Positions 1 through 12,705 of a stretch of 64,000 nt of DNA are shown one piece after another. Both the position numbers and the translations under genes were made by a program. Each line of letters opens with the position of its first letter. Position 1 is the stretch's first letter. The notes beneath the pieces are model-generated. The model worked only from the letters and a program-made list of their open reading frames with translations. It searched no databases and had not been told where the DNA came from. The stretch covers positions 2,243,049 to 2,307,048 of the forward strand of contig BFEA01000031.1 of assembly GCA_003427395.1 (NCBI GenBank), written 5' to 3'. This stretch comes from Chara braunii (lineage: Eukaryota > Plantae > Charophyceae).

Positions 1-544
1 TGGGTGGGTGGGTGCTCCACCACCCCACTGGACCACTGGGGCAAGCCCCATCTGAAATATTGAGAATGCAAATAGGGTTAGTTCGGACGCGCCCACGGTT
101 TTGCTCAGCCAATAGCATGCCTGGCTTAGGCTCGGTTTGAGGCTTGTTTTCGCGCTTAGCGGTATTTGGTATTTTCCGGGCGGGGGGATAGGCGGGTTTG
201 GATTTCGAAAGCGCGGGGGTCGGTCGGGGTTCGGTCGATGTAGGTCGTCGTACGGAAGGAGATCGAAGCGAACGATGAGTCGTAAGCGGCTCCCCGCGGA
301 CAGTTTGGGGAGAGGATGGAGGGGGGGCGGGCGGAAGCGTAGGAGGAAGAGAGGCGAGGAGGCGAGGTGGAGGGCAAGGGGCGCGAGGGGCGGAAACCTG
401 TCGGAGGCCAAGGGGCGACAGGGACGGAAAGCTGCCATTATTGGTATTGCTTGTTGGGAGCATGGTGTCCGATTAGCTACGTTGACGTTTTCTCCTCGGT
501 GAAGAGTTCGATATGTTGATAAAGATAGATGTCTATCCGATGGA

Positions 545-546
545 TA

Positions 547-609
<63 letters not shown>
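545..609. repeat. (GT)n(GA)n microsatellite, representative of many (e.g. 8271, 23699, 25064, 25993, 29003, 33556, 58788, 62985)
   Basis: Direct dinucleotide runs. Confidence 0.95.
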
Positions 610-1359
610 AGGCTTAGGAGTAACGAAGAGTGATCGGTAGATAGTGTATAGCAGGCCTGTCGTGATGTTATTAGACTTGCATTAGCGGTGACAGCGGTCA
701 CTATAGTCTTCTGCTGTTGAGCATGATTTTGCAAGATGGCAATTCCTCTCTAGTTTCTCCCAAATGAGTAATACTGAAAATTGATTAATCAGCTTCCAGT
801 TTGTCATTGGAAATGTGAAATATATTGACCGATAATGTGGACTTTCTCTCTGTCTGTCTCTGTCTGTCTCTCTGTCTCTCTGTCTCTCTGTCAAAATCTG
901 TATGCTGGGCGGGTGATAATGTCATTGTAATGACGTTTTTCGTGGTCCCTTCTTCCTTTTTTTTTTTTCCCTCGTGTTGACCCCCTCCTCTTCCTTCTGG
1001 CACCTTCTTTTTTCATTTTTTGTTGTTTGTGACGTTCCTTTTTCCTCAGTTTCGCCACCACCAGCACCACATTAATCACCGTCCCTCACTTTTCAAAGTT
1101 CAAATGATAGATCGTTCTATTTCCTGTCTGCATCTTCAGTGCGGAATTCTTTGCTTCTTTTCTCTAACCTGTCTGCATCTTCTTCTCTCTTTTCTTTGCC
1201 TCTCCCCTATTTCTTCGCCATCCCCCCCCCCCCCCCCCCCCCCCNNNNNNNNNNNNNNNNNNNNNNNNNNNNNNNNNNNNNNNNNNNNNNNNNNNNNNNN
1301 NNNNNNNNNNNNNNNNNNNNNNNNNCACAACCACGGCTGCAAGCGCGCCTACCAGATTG

Positions 1360-1397
1360 CTGTCTCTTATACACATCTAGATGTGTATAAGAGACAG
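1360..1397. other. Nextera mate-pair junction adapter (assembly artefact)
   Basis: Exact CTGTCTCTTATACACATCT+AGATGTGTATAAGAGACAG (two Tn5 mosaic ends back to back) next to an N gap. The preceding 34 nt (1326-1359) duplicate 4569-4602. Confidence 0.98.
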
Positions 1398-1554
1398 GTC
1401 CTCTGTACTGTTGTTTCTCTCTCCAGTTTTCATTCTCTTCCTTCTGCCATTTAGTTCTTATTTTTGACCTCCCTTCTCGCTACATTTTTCCTATCCTTTT
1501 CTTCGTTGTATCCTATCAATCAATCAACCAACCAACCAACCAATCAATCAATCA

Positions 1555-1704
1555 ATGGAAGAGGACGAATCCACTAATCCGACAGGAATGAAAGGGGGTT
1601 CAGGATCTAGGCATCATCATCTGCCGGCCGGTAACAAAGTGTCGATTCACGAATGCCCCTGTTCTTCTTCTGTTGATGCTACTGCTGCTGCTACGGGGAA
1701 ATCG

Positions 1705-1749
<45 letters not shown>

Positions 1750-4700
1750 GCTGCTAGAGCGGCGGCTGTAACAGGTGATCCGTTACTTAGTAATCTTTCC
1801 ACTGCAGGCCCTAGTTCCACTTCCACTGCTACTCGAATCGTTGCTCCCAGTCCTATACCAAAGCCTACGCCCAGCGCTACTACCCCCGTCACTACCACTG
1901 CTATGCTCACCGGTACTACCGCTGCTACTGCAATTGCTACTGCCATTGCTACTCCCCCTGCTACTACCACAGCTACTCTCATTGCTACGGCTACCGCTAC
2001 TACCATTGCTGGCACTACCGCAGCTACTACTCCCACTCCTATACGCACCGGTACTACCGCTGCTACTGCCATTGCTACTGCCATTGCTACTCCCACCGCT
2101 ACTACTACCGCTAACACCGCTGGTACTAGTGCTGCGACGGTTACAAGTAATTTGACCGCGAGCAGGAATGTTGTTGAGGAGAGAACTGCGGCGATCCGAG
2201 AAATGGTGAGGGACTGCTATATACGTGGCATAGAACCTGACACGTCAGAGTTTTTGGAAACTTCGAGAGGCGATGACGTCATCGACATCCACGTGGCCGA
2301 CGAAATAGTAGATGAGCAGTTGTTGTTCCTGAAGAGCCATGCGGTGCTGATTGCATTTCAAGGGGACGATGTGGGGCTCGTGCCCCTTGCCGCCAAGAAG
2401 GGGTGGCTTCGTGCGTGCGAAGCCAGGTGGCCCAGAGAGCACTTCATCTCTGCTGCTGCTGCGCCAGGGAACAACAACCCTTCCTCTTCCTCTTCTTCCT
2501 CCATCATCTCGTCGTCTCCCTCCGCCTCCTCCCCCCCCCCTTCTCTCTCTCCCTCTACCTCCTCGTTGTCTTGTAGGACCGGTTATCGCCGCGGCCGGAT
2601 CAGAGTAGAAGGGCGCAATCTGTTGTCGTATATTGCCATGCAGCAGTCTCTTCGCGATTGGCTGATCAACGAGTTGAAGGACGATACGATCGAAGTAGAT
2701 GAAGAGGAAGGTGGCGGGGGGGGAGGTGTGGCGGGAGCGGGAGGCGGAGCGGGAGGCGGAGCGNNNNNNNNNNNNNNNNNNNNNNNNNNNNNNNNNNNNN
2801 NNNNNNNNNNNNNNNNNNNNNNNNNNNNNNNNNNNGGGGGCAAACGGACGGTCAAGATGCAGTTCAAACCATGGTTGACAAAGAGTGAAGTGGAGGAGTG
2901 GAAGAAGCAGGAGAAGAAGGAGAGAGCGAAGTGCTGGGTGATGGTGCTCCGCATCCCCTACGTGACGATGCCGCACGTCTCCTCGGCAATTTCTGAGCAA
3001 TTTGGAAGAATTCGAAAAGTTCATCCCGCCGAAAAGGACGAATGCTTCCCGGAGTTAGCGAACCGGAGATACGACTTAGATCAATCTGCAAGATCGAAAA
3101 TCACGAGTATGTTACGGTTCCACACGAAAGCGGGAATGCATGAGCTGCAGGTGGTCAACGATATGACGCCGTGGTGTACTACGTGTCGATGGTACGGACA
3201 TTTGGAGACCGATCCCGACTGTCCACGTCAGCCGCCGCGGCAGTTAGGAGGTCCGCGACAGCAGCAGATGGGAGAAAGAAGAAGGAAAAAGGCAGCAGCA
3301 CCTCCCTCATCATCCTTCGATGGAGAAGAAGAGCATAGTAATAATAATACTAAGAAGAAGAAAGGAGTCTTGCCCGTACAGAAATCTCCGTCGACATTTC
3401 AATGCGGAGTTCCTGCGGCGGCGGATCCGCCGCCATCGTCGGCAACCATCGGAAGAAAACGATCGGACACGAATCCTCTGCCACCCGGCATATCTCCTCC
3501 TCTTCCTTCTCCTCCTTCTCCTCCTTCTCCTCCTCCTCCTCCTCCTCCTCCTCGTCTTCCTACGTCTTCATCTCGACCTACATCTCCTTTGCCTCCTCAA
3601 TCTTCACCGCCTCCACCTACATTATCGCCCGCGCCTTCTGCTGCTGCTGGTGCTTCTTTGCAGGCTCTCCTCCCTGGAGCTGTGAGTGAGTGGGTCGCGA
3701 CGACGGCGGCGGGAGCGGCAACGACGACTACCATCGGGATCGGAGCCGCCGCTGATCCTGCTGCAATGCTAGAACAGTGCTTTGCAATGTCGAGAGGGAA
3801 CGAGGATGGAGACGTCGACGACGACGACGACGGCTGTGATGCTCCCGCAGAAGATGCTATGGCTATGTTGTATGCGTCGTCAACATCTATTACTCCCACC
3901 ACCGTCCTGGGCAAACGGAAGCAACTGGTTGTGGATGGGCCCAATCTAACTCGATCATCGCACGCCGGGCTGCATCATCATCCCCGCCTCTCCATGAGTG
4001 GCAATCATAGAAACGCCCGCCAATTCGTGGGAGCGGCAGGAGGAGGAGGAGGAGGAGGAGGAGGAGGAAGGACGACAATCGGAGGTCCTCCACCTACTCC
4101 TCGAACCCCGTCGGAGTCGAAATTGGAACCGAGAACAATGGGCAGGATCTCCCCCCCAACCCCTCCGACTCCAACGAACCTGCCGATGACGGCAACGGGA
4201 TCAACGAGGAGGCCAGGCTCGACTAAGCTGGCTGTCGAAGTCGGCCGCAGGAGCTCCAGTTCAACAGTCCTCCCCCAAGTCTCCGCCGCCGCCGCCGCCA
4301 TGATGGTGCAATCCGGACCCCGATTGGTGACGGCGGCGGGGCATTCAGCAAAACCCCCGTTGACCGTGCAGGCAGCAACCTCTTCGGCGGAGGGAGCGCA
4401 ACTGGCAGCCGCCGGCCTAGCGCAAGAAGCATTGCCCGTGGCGGAGGAAGCGGTACACGTAGCGCAAGCAACCATACCCTTGGCGCGAGCTCTTCCTCTC
4501 TCCCTCCCTCTTCCTCCCGTATCTGTCCCGATCCCGACTTCCATCTCTCGTCCAGCCGTTGACCGTAGCACAACCACGGCTGCAAGCGCGCCTACCAGAT
4601 TGACGGCTACAGAGGCAGCTGTGGCGGCGGGTGGAGGTGGAGGGGAGAAGGTATTTACAATGTTGAATGGTGCTCCTCGTCCGTCAGTGGAGATCGAGAG

Positions 4701-5284
4701 TCGACATAAGATGGAGGTGGTGGAGCTGCTGCTTCATGGCCCTGGATTGGCAAATGTCGCTGTCACTAGCGGGATGTCTGTCGAGCCGTTAGATCACCAT
4801 CACGAGAATCAAGGGATGACATCATTACGTCATCGTCGCGAGAATCTGAACACGTGTCACGTTTCCCGTCAATCGTGCATGTCGTCTAAGGTCTCATCAT
4901 CAACCCCTACTCCTGAAATGAGTGCTAACGGTCCTGCTATTACCGGTAGTACAGTTATTGCTGGTGCTTCTGCGTCAACGGCGGCGACGGCGGCGGTGGC
5001 GGCGGCGACCAGCCGAGGAGGCTCTGGGGGGGAATCGCTTGTCGGGAGGGAGATGAGAATTGGGAGTTCAGCTGGAGAAGCGACGGATCAGGCGGGCCCA
5101 AGCATTTACTCGGATCGTCAACAAAAACTCGTTGTTGCTCAGCCGGGAGCAGGGGATGGCCGCCGCTGCACTTTATCAGATGCTGCTGCTGCTCCTCCTC
5201 CTCCTCCTCCTCCTCCTTTCCCCTCACCAGGTCCGTCTTCTCTCGGAATCATCGGTACTGGGATCAAGCCGACTGCTCCTGAAG
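1555..5284 (+). CDS. Large exon of a low-complexity protein containing a LINE ORF1-like (DUF4283-like + CCHC zinc knuckle) module
   Basis: Open frame from ATG 1555; a 72-nt N gap at 2764-2835 leaves frame continuity unproven. Globular part ~2188-3222: HAVLIAFQG..GRIRVEGRNLLSYIA..MQFKPW..CWVMVLRIP..FGRIRKV..CTTCRWYGHLETDPDC (C-x2-C-x4-H-x6-C). Donor-like AAG|GTAAAC at 5284/5285 followed by pyrimidine-rich sequence; read-through stop at 5412. Confidence 0.7.
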
Positions 5285-6539
5285 GTAAACATAAGCTTGC
5301 CTTTCTCTCTCTTTTCCCTCTTCTTTCCTTTTTTTTGTTTCCCTTCTCCGCGCTCCATAGCCCCGCCCCGTTCCCCCCCCTGCACCCCCCCTCTCTCTTG
5401 CGTCCCCCTTGATTTTTCTGTCTTTCCCGTCTTTTTCCGTCAGTGTATGTGGGATTATATAGAAGTTAACATACAAAAATGAGGAGAACGCCGGACAGGA
5501 GAAATAAAAATACAGTAAAAAGGAGGAGGAGACCGCGGGACGGTAGTGTGCACGCTTTCGAGTACGCAGTTGCGTGCCAATGTGGTAAGGAACCTCCCTC
5601 GGACATATGTGAGATTCGATACATATAAATAAGCAACAGATAGAAAAAAAAAAAAAAGACCACAGTTAGCATACGATAACTACAGTCAAGACTGACGAGT
5701 TAAAAAAAAAAAAAAAACAGAAAACCCCAAGACCTGACAAGAAGCAGAAAACAACAGACAACCTGTCGGCTGTTGATTGATATATAGATAACAAACGTAC
5801 CGTAAGAGGCATAGAGTAATGACGGGTGGAGATTGGGAAATGTACTGTAATAATCGTATCAGTGGTCTCCCCTTTCTTCGTCCTCCCTTCCGCTTCCCCT
5901 TCCCCCTTCCCCCTTCCCCCTTCCCCCTTCCCCCTTCCCCTTCACCCNNNNNNNNNNNNNNNNNNNNNNNNNNNNNNNNNNNNNNNNNNNNNNNNNNNNN
6001 NNNNNNNNNNNNNNNNNNNNNNNNNNNTCATCTCTCCCTCTTCCTTCCCCCTTCCCTCTTCCCCTGTCCCCCTTCCTCCTCTTGCGTTCATCCTCCCCCC
6101 TTTCCTCGCTTCCCCGTCAAGCCCTTCCCTGCGGCCGTTTGTCTTACGTAATAAGCATCATTTACCTCCCCCTATTAGTTCGTATATTAGTATTATGATT
6201 TTAAGCCCTTTTTCCTTAAATAAAAAAGGGCTGAAACTACTTTTCATAAAGGAAGCGATTCCGTAGGTTGGCATTCACTTCTACAAAAGACGAATCCGCG
6301 ACACGAACACGAAATAGCGGGGGAGAGAAGTAAAGATAAACTTCTCGAAGTAATACCGACTCGCAGAAAGGAAATACAAATACGAGGAAATAACCCGCAG
6401 TTCTTTTCATGTTTTTGCCTCTAGGTCCTCTTTAGTCACGAAGTGCAACCATCTAACTCTATAAGGAACTTGTCTGATCTCGTCTCGGAGTTTTTCTCCG
6501 ATTTCTCTGATTGACATAGAGAAGGAAATAAGCAAGCAT

Positions 6540-6900
6540 AAGCTTCTCATGTTTTCCCTGATTATGATAATTTATGGCTTTCTCTGATGATTATGATAAG
6601 TGATTCCTCTGATTCTTCTGATTATGATACTGTCTCTGATTTCTTTGGAGTTAATATAATATAAGCTTCTCAAATTTCCCCTGATTATGATACGTGATTT
6701 CTCTGATTCTTCTGATTATGATAATAATGTCTCTGATTTCTTTGGAGTTAATATGAGCTTCTCATGTTTTCCCTGATTATGACGATTTCTCTGATGTCTC
6801 TGATTATTATGATACGTAATTTCTCTGATATCTTTGATTATGATAATGTGTCTTTGATTTCTTGGAATTCTGATAATTTCTCTGATTTCTTTGATTCTCT
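6540..6900. repeat. Degenerate low-complexity satellite (TTCTCTGATT/GATTATGAT units)
   Basis: Many imperfect copies of ttctctgatt and ctgattatgat. Confidence 0.75.
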
Positions 6901-8270
6901 CGGGGAAGGAAATTTGCTAAAATTTGAGCCAACTGAGAGCCAACTGACCTACAGTAGCTCAGTTGGTACAGTCCTGAACTGTTGAAATCCAGGCCTCAAG
7001 TAGTCCCGAACTCCACTGAGAGTAGATGAGTAAAATATAAATTTAAATATTACAATTATTCTGAATTAGCCCGGGCTGACCCGGTCAGCTCAATGATGAT
7101 ATCTCAAGGCCGTTGCCCTTTCAAAAAAAGGAGGAGAAAAGGGAAAAAGAAAATGATATAAGAGAATGAAATAACGGAATGGAAGTCGTCATAATGTCTC
7201 TCTGATTCGCATGGTCTTTCTTCCTCACGTGAAGTGCGCAGCAAGTTGTTGTCATTTTTCAAAAAGCGGTGAGAAAGGTATGTGAGAGGTGTATAGGAGG
7301 AAAGTAAGTGCGGTTTTTCTTCCTTAACGTTTACGGATCGCCCAGGATAGAGACGGGGAGGGATGCGCAGCGGGAGAGCGGAGTGTTGCGCAAGCGAGCA
7401 ATGAAACGAAGATAGTCCTTTTTCTGTGAGGAAGAGAGCGTATCTGCCCTTCCTTCTGTCTCCCTAATAAAGGGGTTTAGTACTCTTTACGAGAGTTCTT
7501 TGAGAGTTCCTGCTTTTTTTCACCGTAATTTTCTGCTGAAGTCGTATTCTTCCCTCTCCTCTTTTTGAACGGGCAGAAAGCCAAAATGGCGTTTCATGGC
7601 CCGATTCTCGGGTTCTTCTCCCGCCCCCCCCCCCTCTACATCCGATGCACGTGACANNNNNNNNNNNNNNNNNNNNNNNNNNNNNNNNNNNNNNNNNNNN
7701 NNNNNNNNNNNNNNNNNNNNNNNNNNNNNNNNNNNNNNNNNNNNNNNNNNNNNNNNNNNNNNNNNNNNNNNNNNNNNNNNNNNNNNNNNNNNNNNNNNNN
7801 NNNNNNNNNNNNNNNNNNNNNNNNNNNNNNNNNNNNNNNNNNNNNNNNNNNNNNNNNNNNNNNNNNNNNNNNNNNNNNNNNNNNNNNNNNNNNNNNNNNN
7901 NNNNNNNNNNNNNNNNNNNNNNNNNNNNNNNNNNNNNNNNNNNNNNNNNNNNNNNNNNNNNNNNNNNNNNNNNNNNNNNNNNNNNNNNNNNNNNNNNNNN
8001 NNNNNNNNNNNNNNNNNNNNNNNNNNNNNNNNNNNNNNNNNNNNNNNNNNNNNNNNNNNNNNNNNNNNNNNNNNNNNNNNNNNNNNNNNNNNNNNNNNNN
8101 NNNNNNNNNNNNNNNNNNNNNNNNNNNNNNNNNNNNNNNNNNNNNNNNNNNNNNNNNNNNNNNNNNNNNNNNNNNNNNNNNNNNNNNNNNNNNNNNNNNN
8201 NNNNNNNNNNNNNNNNNNNNNNNNNNNNNNNNNNNNNNNNNNNNNNNNNNNNNNNNNNNNNNNNNNNNNN

Positions 8271-8332
<62 letters not shown>

Positions 8333-8398
8333 TTTTATGTCCTGTTTTTCGAGTCTCTCTGTGTTCCTTCCCCGATTCGACTACCCTCTTCTCTGGGG

Positions 8399-8438
<40 letters not shown>

Positions 8439-10623
8439 CCTGCTTTTCTTTTCTCTGTGTTCCGTCCCCGTTTGGTCTACCCTCTTCTCTGTCTACTTTC
8501 CGTTCGTGTCTGTTTTCTCGGCTTCTATTCCAGGCACCGCCCATTATGTTCCCCTGGAACCGCCTTCTACTTAAGATGAAGGGAGCTCACAAGGAGGGAG
8601 TGCAAACCAGCGAATTTCGATCAGTCCACAGCTAGTTAGCGTCGTCCTTGCTGGGAGGTTATTCCCACCGCCCGCCGCCCCCTTCTTGTCCCTCTTCCCC
8701 GAGCGCACACATATACCCTCATATAGGATGCATGCGTCCTTGCCCGAGGTTATTTCCCCCCTCGTGCGTTCCGATTGAGTAGGTTTTCGACGCTTGTATA
8801 GGTCAACGGTTATAATCGTTCTTTCCAATGTGTCTGAACCACGCAGGTTCCCCCGGCCTTATCCATGGCTTTGCTTGCAATGCGTCAGAACATACACAGT
8901 CATGATCGTGTGGTCGAACTTGTAATCGACGGATTGTATGGAGGTTCGTGAAGTTGAGACCCATTGAAATCGACAGAGTTCTCTGTCTCAAGGGTGTGTG
9001 GAGTCGAAACAACGATGGGGGAGATCGTGTGGTCGAAACGCCGACGATCAAAAAATGCATTATTTCTCGAAAAAAAAAAAAAAAAAGCATTATGGATACC
9101 CTGTCGAGGGAAAACCTTCCCATTCGGGGAAAGTTGGGAAGAGAGGGGGGTTTGGTTGAGGATGATGAGGCGCATGGGGGCGGAAAGGAAGGCGAGGAGA
9201 AAAGGTTAAACAAGACCCCCCCCCCCCCCCCCGGCGAGTGGGGAAACGGACTATTTGAAGCTTTTTTTTTTTTTTTTTTTTTTTTCCCTTCCCCTTTTTA
9301 GCAGACGTGAGAACACACAAACGCGGACTTTGGGCCTCGCTCCATTACTCTCGACATGCACAAACGACAAATGTGATGGCGGTGCATCTTTCCATGTTCT
9401 AGTGAAAGATTCGCTCTCGTTTTGCACATTTCGAGAGTACTGGAGCGAGGCCCTTTTGCAAAAGGCAGAGGAGGCGATTTAATTAATTAATCAAGAGTGC
9501 GGGATGATTACTTCTGATTGACCAATGATAGAAAAAAGTAGGTTTCGAAAACTAAGAGTATAAACGTAGATCTTGACCGAAGGCAAAAAACTTGAAAAAA
9601 GTGGTTTTGAGATAATTTCTAGAACAGGGTAATTAGTTATAAGGCAAAGGATTGAGTTTTAATTAGTCGCGGTAGTAGTAATACGAAATGATGAGTTCTA
9701 AGTAATCAGTAATACGAATAACTTATGAAAACAACGAGTACATGCTTGAAAGACGATTGAGATTGGAAGAAAGGGAGACAAGAGGGTAGTTGCAGTTGTG
9801 GAGGTTGCAGTCTTCCCCCTGTGCTTTCCGTCTTGTTAGGAGTTAGTCTTCCACATTCACCCACTTCTCTAAACTATTTTTCTCCTTTGAACCCTCTGTG
9901 TGTGTGTGTATNNNNNNNNNNNNNNNNNNNNNNNNNNNNNNNNNNNNNNNNNNNNNNNNNNNNNNNNNNNNNNNNNNNNNNNNNNNNNNNNNNNNNNNNN
10001 NNNNNNNNNNNNNNNNNNNNNNNNNNNNNNNNNNNNNNNNNNNNNNNNNNNNNNNNNNNNNNNNNNNNNNNNNNNNNNNNNNNNNNNNNNNNNNNNNNNA
10101 TCTTAGACCGTGTGATGGTTGGCAGCGAACACAGTTTACATGTGTTTTTTTAGATTGCACATATCAATGCGCAGGACGTGTCGTATTACCATATTTCCGG
10201 AATTTTAAGCTGTGATTCGGTGAATGGTTTGTTGGGAACTGGCTTCCAGCCAGATGGTTCAGTCAGATTACTGGCCCCGTGTTCTATTTGGGAAAGCGAG
10301 GAACATCTGTGCGTAGTGGAATGTTATCCCGTCAGCGTTCATGTCTAAGCTATGTTGAATGCATCTTTTTCGGACCTGGCCGAAAATATGATCAGATTCA
10401 TGCCAACTTGCCACAAACATAGCACCAGCGGGGCCTGTTACTAGGAGGACCTGGTTCATATTATGACGGATTTGGTGGAATCTTCTTTTTTTATCTCTTT
10501 GCTTGTTTCTTCACCCCAATGGGGGTTGCACCTGACAATATTGTATGCATGCGTCTAATTTCGGTCGGTCGGGATTTGAACTCGTGAGATTCAGCCACAT
10601 GGGCTGAGTATTTGGTGGAACCT

Positions 10624-10751
10624 TTAGGGCGTGTTCACACTGGGACTTTCTAGCATGTATCTGATCAGATTTACAGTCTGACTTCGATGCATCTGACTGC
10701 AATTCCCTCCAGAGGAAGGTCCAAAAAATCCTTAATGTGTGTGCGCTCTGA
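10624..10751. mobile_element. Probable PIF/Harbinger-type MITE (related copies ~13201-13327 and 32345-32580)
   Basis: Starts TTA|GGGCGTGTTCACACT and shares internal atgcatctgactgcaat with the 13201 copy. The 32345 copy has TTA on both sides and imperfect TIRs. Confidence 0.5.
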
Positions 10752-10890
10752 TACTTGCACGAAAGAAGGGTTAAATAGGCCGCGTGCATGTCTGCAAAAT
10801 CTGGACAGGTAGCGTAGGGCCATTTCTCCTGATCTCGTCCTGAACCCCTAGGCAGCTGCTAGAGTACCAGCTATGTTACCGCTCTGGTAC

Positions 10891-10999
10891 TACCGTCTTC
10901 ACCCGAATAGAACGCCCGGTAATTATGGCCGTATCTGGACTGAAAAATGCATCAAATACGGCTATAATGACCGTGCGTTCTATTCGGATGAAGACGGTA
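10891..10999. mobile_element. Tc1/mariner(pogo)-type MITE
   Basis: TA|CCGTCTTCACCCGAATAGAACGC ... GCGTTCTATTCGGATGAAGACGG|TA; near-perfect TIRs and TA flanks. Second copy at 32455-32563. Confidence 0.8.
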
Positions 11000-11562
11000 G
11001 CTATGGTACCAGCTATGTAAGTTTCAGAAAGCTAACGGTCACAATTCCTTAGTGGTGTCGTCGTTGTCGTCGGGTTGCTGAAAATGCAAATGATACCCAG
11101 CCCATGTGGCTGAATGGTATAGACACACGTAACTTGTTTAACAAGTAGGGGAAAAAAACAGAAAAAAGCACATCATTAACAAGTAGGGAAGAAAAACAGA
11201 AAAATGCACATCATGTGTTCCAATCCAGATGGGGGTCACCTGGATACAGTAAAATAAACAAAACATGCAAACTCCAGTCTAGCGGTTCCGCTGCTTCTGC
11301 TCAAATTTTCGCCTTTAGGACTGACATATGGGCGGGATGACAATGGCTTGAGCTATGTTATCATGAACCTGGCGATCTAGAGGGTCCCATTTGTGCTATT
11401 TTTCCCCCATGGAGAACGTAGCCTGGTAAGCCAATAGGCTGGTGGTTGTCCGCTATGGTAGCGTGAACCTGGCCATCTAAACGTCTTGATGCTAAGGCCG
11501 TGTGTTTTGTTGAGCAGAGCCGATGGTGCAGGCGGTGCTTGTCTGGGAATGTTTTGTTTTTG

Positions 11563-12232
11563 GGGTAACTACGCGGTGGTCACAAAAACAGTTTGAAATT
11601 GCACATCAGGCATTCCCCTGAACATAACACACCGCCTCTTGACTGTACCGGACCGGGAAGCCAGCTTGTATACATTCGACATTTTCAGGCGTGTGCCTGC
11701 TGAAGTGCACTCTGGAACTGTTTTTGTGACCGCGGAGACCTGAAGTGCACTTTCAAACTGTTTTTGTGACCGCCGTGTAGTTTCCCTAATAGGGGAAATT
11801 ACATGGCGGGCACAAAACCAGTTTGAAATTGCACTTCAGGCATTCCTCCAAACGTAACACACCCCCGCTTGAGCGTAGCGCCAGTTTGTATACATTGGAC
11901 ATTTTCAGGCGAGTGCCTGAAGTGCACTTTTGTATACATTGGACATTTTCAGGCGAGCGCCTGAAGTACACTTTGGAACTGTTTTTGTGACCGCTGCGTA
12001 GTTGCCCTAATAGGGGTAATTACACGGAGGTCACAAAACAGTTTGAAATTGCGCTTCAGGCATTCTCCTGATCATAACACCCCCCGTGTTGACCATACCG
12101 GACCGGAAAGCAACATAACACCCCCCGTGTTGTCCGTACCAGACTGGAAAGCTAGCTTGTATACATTCGACATTTCCAGGTCGAATTCTTGAAGTGCAAT
12201 TTCGAACTGTTTTTGTGACAGCCGCATAGTTT
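11563..12232. mobile_element. Three tandem ~220-bp foldback (MITE-like) units
   Basis: Each unit starts GGGG(T/A)AA(C/T)TAC..GTCACAAAAACAGTT and ends AACTGTTTTTGTGACC..GTAGTT. Junctions read CCCTAATAGGGG. Confidence 0.7.
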
Positions 12233-12240
12233 GGCCTTCT

Positions 12241-12282
<42 letters not shown>

Positions 12283-12352
12283 GTTTACATACTTCACTCA
12301 GGTGTTGTGTAGCGGCAGCCCCCTTAACGTGGGCACGCGGTCCCAAGGTCCA

Positions 12353-12705
12353 GCTAGCAAAGAGGATCGGAATAAGAGTCTGAATGTGGCTGTGTTCGGC
12401 ACAGAAATGCAGAAAAGCAGATCAATCACTATTTCGTGCACTGCGTCACAAACACATCCAGATTCAGGCATTAAATCCAATTCTCTTGGGTAGTGGGACC
12501 TCACCCTGGTAGGTTGCAAAAGAAGAAACGAGGTTCCGCTAGCAAAGAGGAATGAGAGTCTGAATGTGGCCGTGTTCAGGGCAGAGATGCAGAAAAACAG
12601 ATCAATTGTGACTTTGTGCACCTCTTGACAAACACTTCCAGATTCGGGCGTTAAATCCAATCCTCTTGGCTAGTGGGACCGCACCCCCGGTAGGTTACAA
12701 AAAGA
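12353..12705. repeat. Tandem duplication of ~180 bp
   Basis: gctagcaaagagga..gagtctgaatgtggc..ccagattc(a/g)ggc..ttaaatccaa..tagtgggacc..gtaggtt occurs twice. Confidence 0.8.

Noticed and set aside
60-115. ATGCAAAT and CCAAT promoter motifs
   Set aside because: Short motifs expected by chance, with no transcript evidence.
1360-1397. Tn5/IS50 transposon ends
   Set aside because: Exact back-to-back mosaic ends are the Nextera mate-pair junction, not a natural element.
6948-7020. tRNA-like GTAGCTCAGTTGGTA
   Set aside because: No T-arm or B box; explained by a local CCAACTGAG/CTCAGTTGG inverted repeat.
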